Positions 36,070 through 46,035 of a stretch of 64,000 bases of DNA are shown here, piece by piece. Source of the DNA: a virus; IMG/VR virus record IMGVR_UViG_3300021960_000046, positions 22,740-86,739 of that record; one strand, given 5' to 3'. The translations under genes were made by a program, and so were the position numbers. Under the pieces are notes generated by a model. The model saw only the letters and a program-made list of their open reading frames with translations, was not told where the DNA came from and ran no database searches. Every line of letters begins with the position of its first letter. The first letter of the stretch is position 1.

Positions 36070-37986
36070 TTAACCTGCAACTTCGTCAAAAGAGACGCCA
36101 GTTCTAGTTGCTACGAATTGAAGTGTGATGAAGTTAATGCTTCTAGCAGGTTTAACGAAAATCTCTGCTACGAATTCATTTCTATCAACAACTTCGCCTG
36201 TGTTATTTGTTTCATCACATACTACTAAGAAGTCTGTGATACCTCTTCGACCTTGTACTTCTCGTAAGAAAGGCTCTACAATGTTTCTAAAGTTCGCTCT
36301 TGTAAATTCATCATTGAATTCAAACAATTGGAATTTAGAAGCAGTAGCAATTGCCTTCTCTAATACAATGAATAGTCTTCTTACATTGATACGGTCAAAC
36401 GCACTTGGAGCAGACAATCCAGTTTTGTCACCAAATAATACGGTGCCTTGTCCTGGGAAAGTAGCTACAGGATTAACTCTAGCTCTGTATAAGTCGTCTC
36501 TTTGTGTTTTTGTTGGGTTGTAAGCAAGTTTAACTGCACCTCTAACCACACCTCTATTCAGACCTGCTGGTGAATACCAAGCGTCTGCGATAAGGTCAGT
36601 TCTAGCTGCTAGACCTGCTACATCACCATTTAGTGGAATGTATCTGTATGTATCATTGTATCTGTCGTACATATATTTGTATCCGCTATCGAAAACAACA
36701 TATGAAGATGAACGGATGCCATTGTAGAATGAAACTACATTGCTAGTCGCTGTGTTGCCATCAACACCCACAACATCACTTCTTTCAGGTGAAGCAAAAA
36801 CGATTGCGTCTTTTCTTCTTTCTGCGATTGTGATTAAGTTGTCGATATGAGTTGCGTCACCTTTACCTGCAATGATTAATCCTACATCAACGGTATCTGT
36901 GTCTTCAAACTTTTCGTATGCTGTTCTAACTTGACCGATAGTAGCTGCACCACCGTTGTTACCGTTTTGTAAAGTAACTTCGATTGGGTCAGATACGGCA
37001 GTAAAAGTTGTACCAGAAGCTGCGTTACCCCAGTTAGCGCCACCTGAATTGTGGTCCATCCAATAGATGTAGTTTGATTTATTCATCACTACATTTGGAT
37101 AGTAGTTTGTTTCGCCTTGTGGTAATTTTGCGTCTGAAGCTTTTGACAATCCGTCATATACTTCTAACACATCGCCTTTAGTACCTGTGATAGTGCCATT
37201 AACATCTTCAACAACTATGTGAAGTTCGTCATTAGCGCCACCATTTTGATTTGAGTAAGTTGAAGTACCTGGAGCTTTCTTAACTAAATCGTAATATCTC
37301 CATCTTCTTCTAACATTTGATCCGTCAGATAAAGCGTCAACTAAACCTGAGGAATCACCTGCTGAGAAATAAGCTGGTTCATCTTTTCTTACGATTGTTA
37401 AGTCATTAGTAGATTTACTAATTACTCTGTACTCATAATTATCTCCAAAATTAACTATGTCGCCAACATTGATGTCTGTTCCAGATGTTACGGTAACAAC
37501 GGTATCTCCTGCCGCTGTTGCTGTGTCATTGACGGTAGTTACAGCAGTTTGTTCATACGCTGTCGCACTTGGACATGTATGTACTTTAATGCTGTTACCC
37601 CATGCGCCTGCTGTTCTAGCAGCCCATTGACCAACTGAAGCAGAACCGTTAGCATAGTTATCTTGGTAGTCTTGTAAATTTTTGATTACAAAAGCCGAGC
37701 CGGATTCGGTGGCTGTTGCAACCGCTGAGTTCTGTACACGAACAACTCTAAGAGCGTTAGAATATTGTAAAAAGCTAGCAGCGCTAAAAAAATCTTCGAA
37801 ATTATCAGCGTCTGGTTTGCCAAATACGGAAACTAACTCTTGCTCACTAGAAATAGTCACTACCTCATCTAACGGTCCTTTTCTGAACGAGCCAGCAAAA
37901 GCGCCTGTAGATGTTGAAACGGCAGGAATAATTCTTGTTAGGTCTTTTTCCTGTACGAGAACACCTGGTGATACTTGAAATGCCAT
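36070..37986 (-). CDS. gp18: tail sheath protein (gp18)
   Basis: SPGV...E.D, W.SPAG..RG, LFGDKT, FDRINVRRLF, KPARSINFI. Confidence 0.98.
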   Translation of the reverse strand: MAFQVSPGVLVQEKDLTRIIPAVSTSTGAFAGSFRKGPLDEVVTISSEQELVSVFGKPDADNFEDFFSAASFLQYSNALRVVRVQNSAVATATESGSAFVIKNLQDYQDNYANGSASVGQWAARTAGAWGNSIKVHTCPSATAYEQTAVTTVNDTATAAGDTVVTVTSGTDINVGDIVNFGDNYEYRVISKSTNDLTIVRKDEPAYFSAGDSSGLVDALSDGSNVRRRWRYYDLVKKAPGTSTYSNQNGGANDELHIVVEDVNGTITGTKGDVLEVYDGLSKASDAKLPQGETNYYPNVVMNKSNYIYWMDHNSGGANWGNAASGTTFTAVSDPIEVTLQNGNNGGAATIGQVRTAYEKFEDTDTVDVGLIIAGKGDATHIDNLITIAERRKDAIVFASPERSDVVGVDGNTATSNVVSFYNGIRSSSYVVFDSGYKYMYDRYNDTYRYIPLNGDVAGLAARTDLIADAWYSPAGLNRGVVRGAVKLAYNPTKTQRDDLYRARVNPVATFPGQGTVLFGDKTGLSAPSAFDRINVRRLFIVLEKAIATASKFQLFEFNDEFTRANFRNIVEPFLREVQGRRGITDFLVVCDETNNTGEVVDRNEFVAEIFVKPARSINFITLQFVATRTGVSFDEVAG

Positions 37987-38085
37987 TTAGGTTTCTCCTT
38001 TAATTTGCAAATTAACGAAAGTAGTTTTTTTACTTTCAAATTTCGTAAGTTTTCTTACGCCCATAGTTAAATCTACTTACAATGA

Positions 38086-38093
38086 TATTTATA
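38086..38093 (-). promoter_or_regulatory. T4-type late promoter for gp18
   Basis: TATAAATA. Confidence 0.8.
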
Positions 38094-38112
38094 ATAAACC
38101 GATATTACACAT

Positions 38113-39753
38113 TTAAAAACCCTTTCGGACAACGGGGTGCCATACGGTTCCATACTCATCAATTATCTCTTTTTCTTCTTCTGGTGTACCATCATCTATG
38201 AAACCAAAGGGTGCCATGTCTTGTTCTATAAGGTTTTGTTGTTCCTCGTATAACATTTGTCTTGCGTTTGTGTCTGTCATCTCTTTAAAAAATGGTTGAT
38301 TTGACAACCATCCAAAGATAACTAAACACATCATTAAATCGTCTGTATTACCCTCATCAGCCTGCCAACTCTGGCCTCTTCTAACAAAGGTACTCATCTC
38401 TTCAACGATATTAAAGTCATTAATTATAATTTTGTCACCTTCTACAAGTGACTTGATATTAGAACAACCAATCTTCTTAATCTGTTTGGTCATTTTAACA
38501 CCAAAACCTGAACCTCTACCAGAGAAACCAGCACCTAATATTTGGCCAGCTCTACCTCTTTGTGTAGTCATTAACAGATTATCATACTCTAATTCAAATT
38601 GTAATGCCTCTGCCACTTGTTGACCAAGGTCATTTGTTTCAACTAATACATGTGCGTGATTATACGCTTTACATACTCTATCAATAGTGTGTGGAAATAA
38701 TAATGGTTTAATATCATTATCTCTAAACTTCGCAACAATCTTATATGGCATTTGCGTAACATCTAATATTACAAACGCCGAATAGTCTTTAGTAACACCA
38801 CGAGCCACATCAACGCAACAAACATATGTTGAAGTTTTTTTAGGGTCTTCATATATATCTAAACCTGCATTTGAAACCTTTGGTGTTTGAAAGGTCATAG
38901 TTTTAATTTTAGCAGGACTAATAAGTGTATTAACAGAACCTAAAAACTCACACTCAAACTCTTGTTGAAACTGCTCAGGTGAGGTGTTTCTAATTGTTGC
39001 CTCTTTCCAGGCCTCATCTCTTCCTGGTACCTCAGACCAATGTACTTCAATTGGTATGTAATCGTTTCTTTTATTCTCTGCGTCTGTCCATAACTTATAA
39101 AACTGGTTCATACCGTATGGTGTAGATACAATAATCATCTTTGTTTTTTGTCCAGATGAAATTGTAGGATAAACTGAGCTAAAGAACATCTCTGCAATAT
39201 TGGCAGGTACGAAAGCAAACTCGTCTAAGAAAATAATATTAAATGAACCACCTCGAATTGCACTTGAAGAAGTTGCAGCTGCGACAATCTGTGATTTATT
39301 TTCTAATTCAATATTACCTTTGTTCCAGTTGATTACTCCTTGTTGCAACCACTTAGGAAGATTTTCGTATGCAAGTTGCAATCTTCCGAGAATGTCACGA
39401 GCTGTAGATGATTTATTTGCAAGTATAGCAATATTAGAATTAGGATTAAAAAGCGCATAGTGTAACAAGTAAGAAATAGTCGTTGTTGACTTTCCTGACT
39501 GCCTCGGTAGTTTACAAATAGTAAATCTGTTATCGTGTATGGTTCTTACAATGTGTTGCTGAAAAGGATACATCTTAAATGGTACAAGACCATGGTCAAG
39601 TGAAACCACTTTAATGTATTTTTCCATAAAGTAAACAGGATCCTCGGCGCACTTTTGATATTCTACAATCTGGTTTTTAGTAAACTCTTGTGGTGTGTTT
39701 ACTTTCTTTAGATTAGGATTGCCTAAGTATGCTGAATTATCTGTCGTACTCAT
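38113..39753 (-). CDS. gp17: terminase large subunit (gp17)
   Basis: RQSGKST, IFLDEFAF, STPYG.N.FY, DVARG...DYSA, DDL.M. Confidence 0.98.
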   Translation of the reverse strand: MSTTDNSAYLGNPNLKKVNTPQEFTKNQIVEYQKCAEDPVYFMEKYIKVVSLDHGLVPFKMYPFQQHIVRTIHDNRFTICKLPRQSGKSTTTISYLLHYALFNPNSNIAILANKSSTARDILGRLQLAYENLPKWLQQGVINWNKGNIELENKSQIVAAATSSSAIRGGSFNIIFLDEFAFVPANIAEMFFSSVYPTISSGQKTKMIIVSTPYGMNQFYKLWTDAENKRNDYIPIEVHWSEVPGRDEAWKEATIRNTSPEQFQQEFECEFLGSVNTLISPAKIKTMTFQTPKVSNAGLDIYEDPKKTSTYVCCVDVARGVTKDYSAFVILDVTQMPYKIVAKFRDNDIKPLLFPHTIDRVCKAYNHAHVLVETNDLGQQVAEALQFELEYDNLLMTTQRGRAGQILGAGFSGRGSGFGVKMTKQIKKIGCSNIKSLVEGDKIIINDFNIVEEMSTFVRRGQSWQADEGNTDDLMMCLVIFGWLSNQPFFKEMTDTNARQMLYEEQQNLIEQDMAPFGFIDDGTPEEEKEIIDEYGTVWHPVVRKGF

Positions 39754-40310
39754 TGTTTAAAATCTATATTAATAATTAATCTTTTCCATTTTTTAATAGG
39801 ATGTGAAGCTGCATGTAATAAGTTACCTCTAAAAAATAACCATCTGCCTTTTTTAGGCGAAACTCTTACTTTTACTTTTTCATCTTTGTCAAACAACCAG
39901 GTATCACCATCACTATCGTTAACATAATATAACCCTACATAATGGTCTTCTTCTTGGTCATAATGTGGTTTGTTGTGACTATCCAAGTTGCCGTTTGGTG
40001 CCGTAAACTTTAAGTTTGCCTTACATCTTATTACAGGACTTTGTATCTTTGTAGATTGTAATAATCTATCTAAAATCTTTTTACAATAGTTAGAATTACC
40101 AACACCATCTCTTACAAATACATGTGACATTTGAATATAATCATAGTATTCATGGTTATACTTAGTATAATGTTCACTTTCACCTACACTCAATTCGTTA
40201 TAAAACCAAGGAAATGTATTAGAAAATAAAATATTCTCTATTGTATTTTGAGTATCTACATCTACCAAATCATCAAACACTTGATACTCATTATTTACTA
40301 AATCAATCAT
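39750..40310 (-). CDS. 2OG-Fe(II) oxygenase (HxD)
   Basis: FPWF, PHYD, YYVNDSDGDT, HA..HP...R.IIN. Confidence 0.82.
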   Translation of the reverse strand: MIDLVNNEYQVFDDLVDVDTQNTIENILFSNTFPWFYNELSVGESEHYTKYNHEYYDYIQMSHVFVRDGVGNSNYCKKILDRLLQSTKIQSPVIRCKANLKFTAPNGNLDSHNKPHYDQEEDHYVGLYYVNDSDGDTWLFDKDEKVKVRVSPKKGRWLFFRGNLLHAASHPIKKWKRLIINIDFKQ

Positions 40311-40590
40311 TAACTACAACACCTTCAATATGTGTATAACCTAATTCTAAGGCCGCCTTTACTCTTTGACTGCCACGCCATACACTAAATTCTTTTTCTG
40401 TATATTTAGTACCGTTTGCCCCGTATCTAATTCTATTGGAAATATGATGTCTGATTACTTCTATTGGATTTTCTAATTCTTCACCCTCTAATAGTTCTAG
40501 TAGAGGTGTCATAGACTTAATATGTACTAAATCGTCTAGTTTAAGAATTATCTTCTTTGGATTCTGTTGCTTCGCCTTCAATAACTTCAT
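40303..40590 (-). CDS. small hypothetical protein, possible ParB/Srx-like domain
   Basis: V..GSQR..AA..LGY..I.G.V resembles the ParB G.HR..A...LG motif. Confidence 0.5.
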   Translation of the reverse strand: MKLLKAKQQNPKKIILKLDDLVHIKSMTPLLELLEGEELENPIEVIRHHISNRIRYGANGTKYTEKEFSVWRGSQRVKAALELGYTHIEGVVVND

Positions 40591-41011
40591 TATCTTTCCT
40601 ATTCAATAACTTTTGCAATTCTGCTGTAGAACCTACGAACAAAGCATTCTGTATTTTAGTATCAGATTTCTTTGTTACTTCTTTTAAATCTTTTAGTTTC
40701 TTTTGTAAGTCTTGTAGTTTATCTGTTACTTGTGCAACTTGGCCAATTAATTGTCCTGCAACTTCATAAGCTCTAGGGTGTTGGCCTTCTTTTGCAATTT
40801 CTAAAATACCTTCAATTGCTTGTTGACCTTTTTCAATTAGATTATAATAATTTTCTCTACTATAATCATAATCATTATCAATGTCACCTTTACTTTCATC
40901 TACTTTTCTAACAACGGCTTTTGGTTGTTCAAAGTCTGTAACAGATATCTCTTTTTCTTTTTTAGGTTCTAATCCTAAAATTTCATTTACACTATCTTCT
41001 AATTTGCTCAT
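40541..41011 (-). CDS. gp16: terminase small subunit (gp16)
   Basis: DY.YSR..YY.LI.KG, HPRAYEV, NALFVGST.ELQK. Confidence 0.93.
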   Translation of the reverse strand: MSKLEDSVNEILGLEPKKEKEISVTDFEQPKAVVRKVDESKGDIDNDYDYSRENYYNLIEKGQQAIEGILEIAKEGQHPRAYEVAGQLIGQVAQVTDKLQDLQKKLKDLKEVTKKSDTKIQNALFVGSTAELQKLLNRKDNEVIEGEATESKEDNS

Positions 41012-41013
41012 AA

Positions 41014-41805
41014 TTATTCATCTTGTCCCGTCGCTGGATTATATGACTTAGAGTCCGTAAAAAAGTCAATTGTTGTTGTAAAACCAAAATCATCATTTGC
41101 GTCAGCCGATAATGGGTCTGGCACTACGATAATTCGTTCTTGTCTTGCTGTATCTGGCAAATCAACAGCCAAATCTGCTTGTGTCTTTTTAATAATACCT
41201 TGTTCTTGCATTGGACCATACAAATATGTTTTCGCTGTAAATTGCATTGTGTAAATCACAGCTCTTCTATTATTGTATGAACCATCATATGTGTCTTCGT
41301 ATGTAACACCATTTAAAATAATAGGTACATCTGTTTTAATATCTAATTCAGGAACGGCATTAATAGTTACCGTAAAATCTGGTTGAAAGTATGGTAATAT
41401 TTGTTCAATAATTTGTAATCCATTTTCTGCATTAGCTGTAAAAGCATATAAACTAAACCCAATGTTATATGGTACAGGAGAGTAGTTGTAATTCATTGTC
41501 TTGCCGTCTTTTACTTTTACTCTCTTTTGTATCTTGTTTAGTTTTCTACTAGGGTCATAAGATAGACCAGTAATTTCAAAACCCATACGAGGTAATACGA
41601 TAGCAAATTGTCTATTGTTTAAGTCGGCTTGTTGGTCAAGTCTAGTAATAAATTTTTCTTTAGGTGCATATGCTAAAGGCACTCTCATTCTACCTGTGAC
41701 ACCACCTGTAGAGTTTTTAGTTTGTACTTGAATGTTGTTAAAGACTTGACCAAAAGCAATAGTCAATTTTCTTAAACTTTGGTTATAAAAATGAGTACCT
41801 AACAT
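41014..41805 (-). CDS. gp15: tail sheath stabiliser / completion protein (gp15)
   Basis: VPLAY.PK.KF, LPRM.FE, PVPY, QI.EQILPYFQP. Confidence 0.94.
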   Translation of the reverse strand: MLGTHFYNQSLRKLTIAFGQVFNNIQVQTKNSTGGVTGRMRVPLAYAPKEKFITRLDQQADLNNRQFAIVLPRMGFEITGLSYDPSRKLNKIQKRVKVKDGKTMNYNYSPVPYNIGFSLYAFTANAENGLQIIEQILPYFQPDFTVTINAVPELDIKTDVPIILNGVTYEDTYDGSYNNRRAVIYTMQFTAKTYLYGPMQEQGIIKKTQADLAVDLPDTARQERIIVVPDPLSADANDDFGFTTTIDFFTDSKSYNPATGQDE

Positions 41806-42620
41806 TATTCGTAATCAACCTCTCCGAATGGATTTCGTTCTGTGAAATCTAATATATCATCTGTTAATGAACCAGTTGTCATTCCAGCTTCTGTGTTTAA
41901 ATTTAAGTTGTCTGCATATGGAGATTGGTTCTGAATATTTTGTACAACATATTCCTCATTTAATAAGAAAGCAGGTTGACCTGTAGAGTAACCTCTTTCT
42001 AATTGAATAGAACCTTCACCGCCTAATGCAGCTTGACCAGCTTCAAGTGTGAATTTAAATAGTAACTGGTTAAGTGTGTATTCATCTTCGTGTTGGTCGA
42101 TTGTTTCGTTACCTGTATTGAGTTGTTCAGACGAATACTCCCAACGAGTAACTTTAAGTTTGTAAACTGGTAGATTGCCTAATTGAAAGAATGGTTCTTG
42201 GTCTTCAACGAATAGTATTTCAAAAAAAGAATTCATCAAAGGTACAAAGATAATGTCACCTTCGTTTGGTCTACCAGAGGCAATTAGATTTGCCTTATTG
42301 CCTACATGAAAATCCCAACTTCTTTTAGCAACAACTAGTGTAGTATCATCTCTGATTTCTAAACCAAACTTGTTGATAATTTCTTGTTCACCAGCAAAAC
42401 CCTCATTTGTTTCAAAGTACATTTCAATAGCATAACTATCATCAAAACGAGATGATACATCTTCGCCTAAGATTAAGTCGTGGTTTACTAATGTACGAGG
42501 AAGATAATGAACATCTTGTCCATAGATTTTAATACCTTCGATAATTAGGTCTTCGTGTAACCTTTTCTCGTTGGTGTTACCAATGCCTCTTCCTGATTGA
42601 AAATAGTGGTTAACTGGCAT
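41805..42620 (-). CDS. gp14: neck protein (gp14)
   Basis: E.I..YG.DV.YLPR, KFG..I.D, P.EGD.I..P, PF.QLG. Confidence 0.94.
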   Translation of the reverse strand: MPVNHYFQSGRGIGNTNEKRLHEDLIIEGIKIYGQDVHYLPRTLVNHDLILGEDVSSRFDDSYAIEMYFETNEGFAGEQEIINKFGLEIRDDTTLVVAKRSWDFHVGNKANLIASGRPNEGDIIFVPLMNSFFEILFVEDQEPFFQLGNLPVYKLKVTRWEYSSEQLNTGNETIDQHEDEYTLNQLLFKFTLEAGQAALGGEGSIQLERGYSTGQPAFLLNEEYVVQNIQNQSPYADNLNLNTEAGMTTGSLTDDILDFTERNPFGEVDYE

Positions 42621-42625
42621 GACAT

Positions 42626-43432
42626 TTATCCAATCATCATTGCCGGATTTAACTCAAATGTTGAACGAATTTCTCCCTCTAATTTTTCAATTTCAGCAAG
42701 TGATTGTGTGTAGATTTCAACACCATTAAGTGTCACACCACCAATCATTGCTACGCCTCCAAATTTAGATAAGTTGGAACCCCATTGTTTTTTAAATAAA
42801 GCAGTTACATATCTTTTTAGGTAAATGTCGTTATATACATCTGTATATACATCCGGGTCTAACTTTCTATATGCTTCAATTACTAGATATTCACCAACTT
42901 GTAAATCGTTCTTCCAATCCATGTCAATGTATAATCTATTATCGTGTTGATTAAATCGTAATGGTTTTTCACCTACTAAAATGTGGTCTAAGAAATCTAA
43001 ATGTCTTAAAACGATATCATAATTGATAACACTTGTTGATGAGAAATCATATAAATCATTTAATCTTAACTGATATCTAACATCAAATAAATTTAGGTTA
43101 CCTTTATCTGAAAACGGAAATATATTGATAACAGAAATAACACTTTCTGGAACGGTAATATAATTATTTTGTTCTAGCCATGTAGTTGAGACTGAATTCT
43201 TTGTAATTGTCTCACTAGTGTTACCTAAAATTCTTGCTTTATCGGCAGCTGTATATTGATATTTTAAATAAGTCCGTCTAATTGCGTCATAATGATACTG
43301 AGCAAAGTATTGTAGACCTTCATCAATTCTATCTTCCAGCTGGTCGTCATCAGCATTAATTTCGATAACAGGATGGCCTAACGCTCTTAAAGCGTATTGT
43401 TTTAATTGTTCTCTGCTTGATGGATTTGCCAT
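42626..43432 (-). CDS. gp13: neck protein (gp13)
   Basis: LR.LG.PVIEIN, K.Y.TAL.K.QWG.NL.KF, GGV.LNG. Confidence 0.94.
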   Translation of the reverse strand: MANPSSREQLKQYALRALGHPVIEINADDDQLEDRIDEGLQYFAQYHYDAIRRTYLKYQYTAADKARILGNTSETITKNSVSTTWLEQNNYITVPESVISVINIFPFSDKGNLNLFDVRYQLRLNDLYDFSSTSVINYDIVLRHLDFLDHILVGEKPLRFNQHDNRLYIDMDWKNDLQVGEYLVIEAYRKLDPDVYTDVYNDIYLKRYVTALFKKQWGSNLSKFGGVAMIGGVTLNGVEIYTQSLAEIEKLEGEIRSTFELNPAMMIG

Positions 43433-43461
43433 TCTAATATCCTTTTGTACCTTCTACGGTA

Positions 43462-43469
43462 TATTTATA
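43462..43469 (-). promoter_or_regulatory. T4-type late promoter for gp13
   Basis: TATAAATA. Confidence 0.8.
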
Positions 43470-43473
43470 AGAT

Positions 43474-44160
43474 TTATTTTATCTTCGGAAAGAGATTATC
43501 TGAGCAGAATAACTTTATATCATCTTCAGGCAAACCAAGTGATTCCATTACTCTAGGAGTGTGTGGATTTTGCTGTTGGTTCTCACAATAGTAGTTTTGT
43601 GCTTCAATTACATCATTTTCCTCACTATCGCCATTATATGAACCTATCATATTTAGATAAGCAGAAAGGTTACCTATTGCAATATCACATATATTCTTTA
43701 ACTCAACAATATCTTGTACATTGCCAGCCGCTATCATACCACCGCTGAATATTCTCTTAGCCCAATCAGGCAATTCTCGTTCTTTACTAGGTTTAAAATC
43801 TTTAACTTCGTTAATAAACCACTTTGTTAATGGATGTTCTTTCTGTAATAAAGGAGAAAAATCATGGAATGCACCAGTAACTTTATTCTTACCTGCAATT
43901 ACATCAAAACCATAAATTGGTCCACCATTTGTTTTGTTTGGAAATAAACATACATGCATCATCCAAAGTTTCTTACTATCTCTTACATCAACAACATCAA
44001 CATGAGCTCTTCGTACATTATTATTTTTCCATGTTCTATTGACCCAGCCATATTCTGGATTGTTAAATCTTTCCATACCTGGTTCATCATACTCTTCACA
44101 ATGACGGTCTAATAAATCGACCATCTTGTCTTTACAATTAATTAAAGTTTCCCAAATCAT
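43474..44160 (-). CDS. pcyX: ferredoxin-dependent bilin reductase (PcyX/PcyA-like)
   Basis: RRAH, MMH.C.FP, PIYG.D, AFHDFSP, R.LP.WA..IFS, Q..YC..Q..NPHT; next to heme oxygenase. Confidence 0.82.
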   Translation of the reverse strand: MIWETLINCKDKMVDLLDRHCEEYDEPGMERFNNPEYGWVNRTWKNNNVRRAHVDVVDVRDSKKLWMMHVCLFPNKTNGGPIYGFDVIAGKNKVTGAFHDFSPLLQKEHPLTKWFINEVKDFKPSKERELPDWAKRIFSGGMIAAGNVQDIVELKNICDIAIGNLSAYLNMIGSYNGDSEENDVIEAQNYYCENQQQNPHTPRVMESLGLPEDDIKLFCSDNLFPKIK

Positions 44161-44722
44161 GCATTTCCTTCATTTCTTTAAACAACATTGTTGCACTTTC
44201 AAAACAATATCTAGCTTCTGCTAAAACATTAATTTGATAAATGTTCATGTACATATTAACTCGTTCTTTTACAATTCGTTTATACTCTATAACTTCAGTA
44301 TTTGTAAATCTATAATATCTATTAGGACCTGGAGTTTTCTTTCTAATCATTTGACCGCCAGATAAATCTCCTAAATGTCTTACATAGATATGTGCATATA
44401 ATTTTTCTGCACTTTCTGAGATAGACTTAATATGTTCTATATATTTGTTTGTACTTTCGGTTAACGGTGGTTTACCATTTTCATGGTTCCATAAAGCATT
44501 GTAATCGTAATGTAATGCTTCACTTCTAGGTAGTGAATTTAAATCTTTAAATAGCGATAGTTGTTGTGCGTGTTTTTCTAATTCAGAATAACAAGCTAAC
44601 TGGTTGTACAAATAACAAGCATATAATTGTTTGTTAATATTACCAGACATTAATATTCTCACAAAGTCCTGGCGTTCAGCGTCTTTGTGGTGTTCCATTG
44701 TCAATTCTTTTATATCATACAT
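44138..44722 (-). CDS. hemO: heme oxygenase (HemO/Ho1-like)
   Basis: T...H..AE, AH.YVRHLGDLSGGQ. Confidence 0.92.
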   Translation of the reverse strand: MYDIKELTMEHHKDAERQDFVRILMSGNINKQLYACYLYNQLACYSELEKHAQQLSLFKDLNSLPRSEALHYDYNALWNHENGKPPLTESTNKYIEHIKSISESAEKLYAHIYVRHLGDLSGGQMIRKKTPGPNRYYRFTNTEVIEYKRIVKERVNMYMNIYQINVLAEARYCFESATMLFKEMKEMHDLGNFN

Positions 44723-45380
44723 ATATTTTATAGTCCATTGCTATAGAAATTCTATCATCATCACTTTGATTTTGTTCCACCTCATGTTTAATGTGAGCTG
44801 GAAAAATGATAAATCTTCCTGGTTTAGGTTTGTAAAAATATCCAAAACTATTTAGATTGTTAGAATTGCTTTGTTTTAAATACAAATCATTAAACTCCAT
44901 TCTAACATCTGGTGATTTTAATACTAAGTTACCAAGTTCTTTATTTTCATCACCTTTTATAAAGAATACTACTGAAAAATTTGATGTGACATGTGAATGT
45001 TCTGGTGCATAATCTCCAGGTTTGTTTACATTAATCCACGCAGCTGTTAAATCTACTTTTCTAGGTGTCTTTATGTTTAATACATCAGCAAAGCCATTTA
45101 CATGAGGTTGTATAAAGTCTGTAAATTTTTTTAATATAGTTTCTTTACTTAACTCTTCATTGAATTTAGACTTAGTATTATTAATAAATTCAACTTGGTG
45201 TCCTGAAACATTACCCTTATGACCTAAATGTTTATATGCCAATTTTTCAATAGCACTAATCATATCAACATCTTCACATTGTCCTATTGCTATTGGTGTT
45301 ACAAATGCTGGTACAATATCAATCATCAAACGAATACCATCCGGTTGCAATATATTTTTCATGTTTCTCTGATATAACAC
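44715..45380 (-). CDS. 2OG-Fe(II) oxygenase (HxH); true start may be internal (MIDIV)
   Basis: WINVN.PG....EHSH, IIFPA...H.V, DRISIA. Confidence 0.82.
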   Translation of the reverse strand: MLYQRNMKNILQPDGIRLMIDIVPAFVTPIAIGQCEDVDMISAIEKLAYKHLGHKGNVSGHQVEFINNTKSKFNEELSKETILKKFTDFIQPHVNGFADVLNIKTPRKVDLTAAWINVNKPGDYAPEHSHVTSNFSVVFFIKGDENKELGNLVLKSPDVRMEFNDLYLKQSNSNNLNSFGYFYKPKPGRFIIFPAHIKHEVEQNQSDDDRISIAMDYKIYV

Positions 45381-46035
45381 CTCTGTGTATGTGTGTCCAA
45401 TCAGTAGGCCAAAATACGGTTAATCCTTTTTCTGCCTGTAAAGTTACATTCTGATATTTCCAATGTGTGCCACCGTCTGGTACATCATTTAAATAAGTCA
45501 TAAAAACTAAAAATCTTTTAGCAGATTCCACACAATCTCTTTCAAAGTGATTAACTTTATAACCACCTCCTGGAGGATAGTATTGTAAATTAGTTGTCAT
45601 ACCTCTAAGTGACCAAGGTGTGGTCATATTAGTTTCTGGATACAAAGGGAAGAAGTTTTTTAAAGCAGCTTGTAGTTCTCTATGATAAGCAACAATCCTT
45701 TTATCTTGGTTATCAATTGTAAATCCACATTCAATACTATCTTTTCTTTCTTTGTTTACTTGTCGTTGACCAAAAGCACCTGGTTCTTTCTCAGGATTTT
45801 CTTTATACCATTCGATAAGTCCATCACAAATACTATTGTCATTCATATAAAAACCAGCAATAAACTTTTCTGGTTGTGAATTTATTTCATGTGGTCGTCT
45901 TTTATTCTCATCACTTAAAGTAACATGTGTAAATTTGTTATCATCACTTAAATGAGGAAATTTCCTACCATACATTTCTGTGCCATCATTTATAGTCATC
46001 TTTACCTTCAAAGAATTCATCTCGTAAAAACTCAT
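45319..46035 (-). CDS. 2OG-Fe(II) oxygenase, prolyl-4-hydroxylase-like; start uncertain
   Basis: QYY.PGGGY...HFE, FMTYLNDV..GGT, WP..WTH.HRG, KYI.TGW. Confidence 0.85.
   Translation of the reverse strand: MSFYEMNSLKVKMTINDGTEMYGRKFPHLSDDNKFTHVTLSDENKRRPHEINSQPEKFIAGFYMNDNSICDGLIEWYKENPEKEPGAFGQRQVNKERKDSIECGFTIDNQDKRIVAYHRELQAALKNFFPLYPETNMTTPWSLRGMTTNLQYYPPGGGYKVNHFERDCVESAKRFLVFMTYLNDVPDGGTHWKYQNVTLQAEKGLTVFWPTDWTHIHRGVISEKHEKYIATGWYSFDD

Noticed and set aside
1960-39753. Inteins or introns in gp43, gp46, uvsW, gp23, gp20 and gp17
   Set aside because: ORFs are continuous and of normal length, with no splicing motifs seen
43474-44722. Assignment as a cyanophage because of the bilin genes
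   Set aside because: No psbA, hli or plant-type ferredoxin in the window; bS21 and the adrenodoxin-type ferredoxin fit a proteobacterial host better, though the host is not proven
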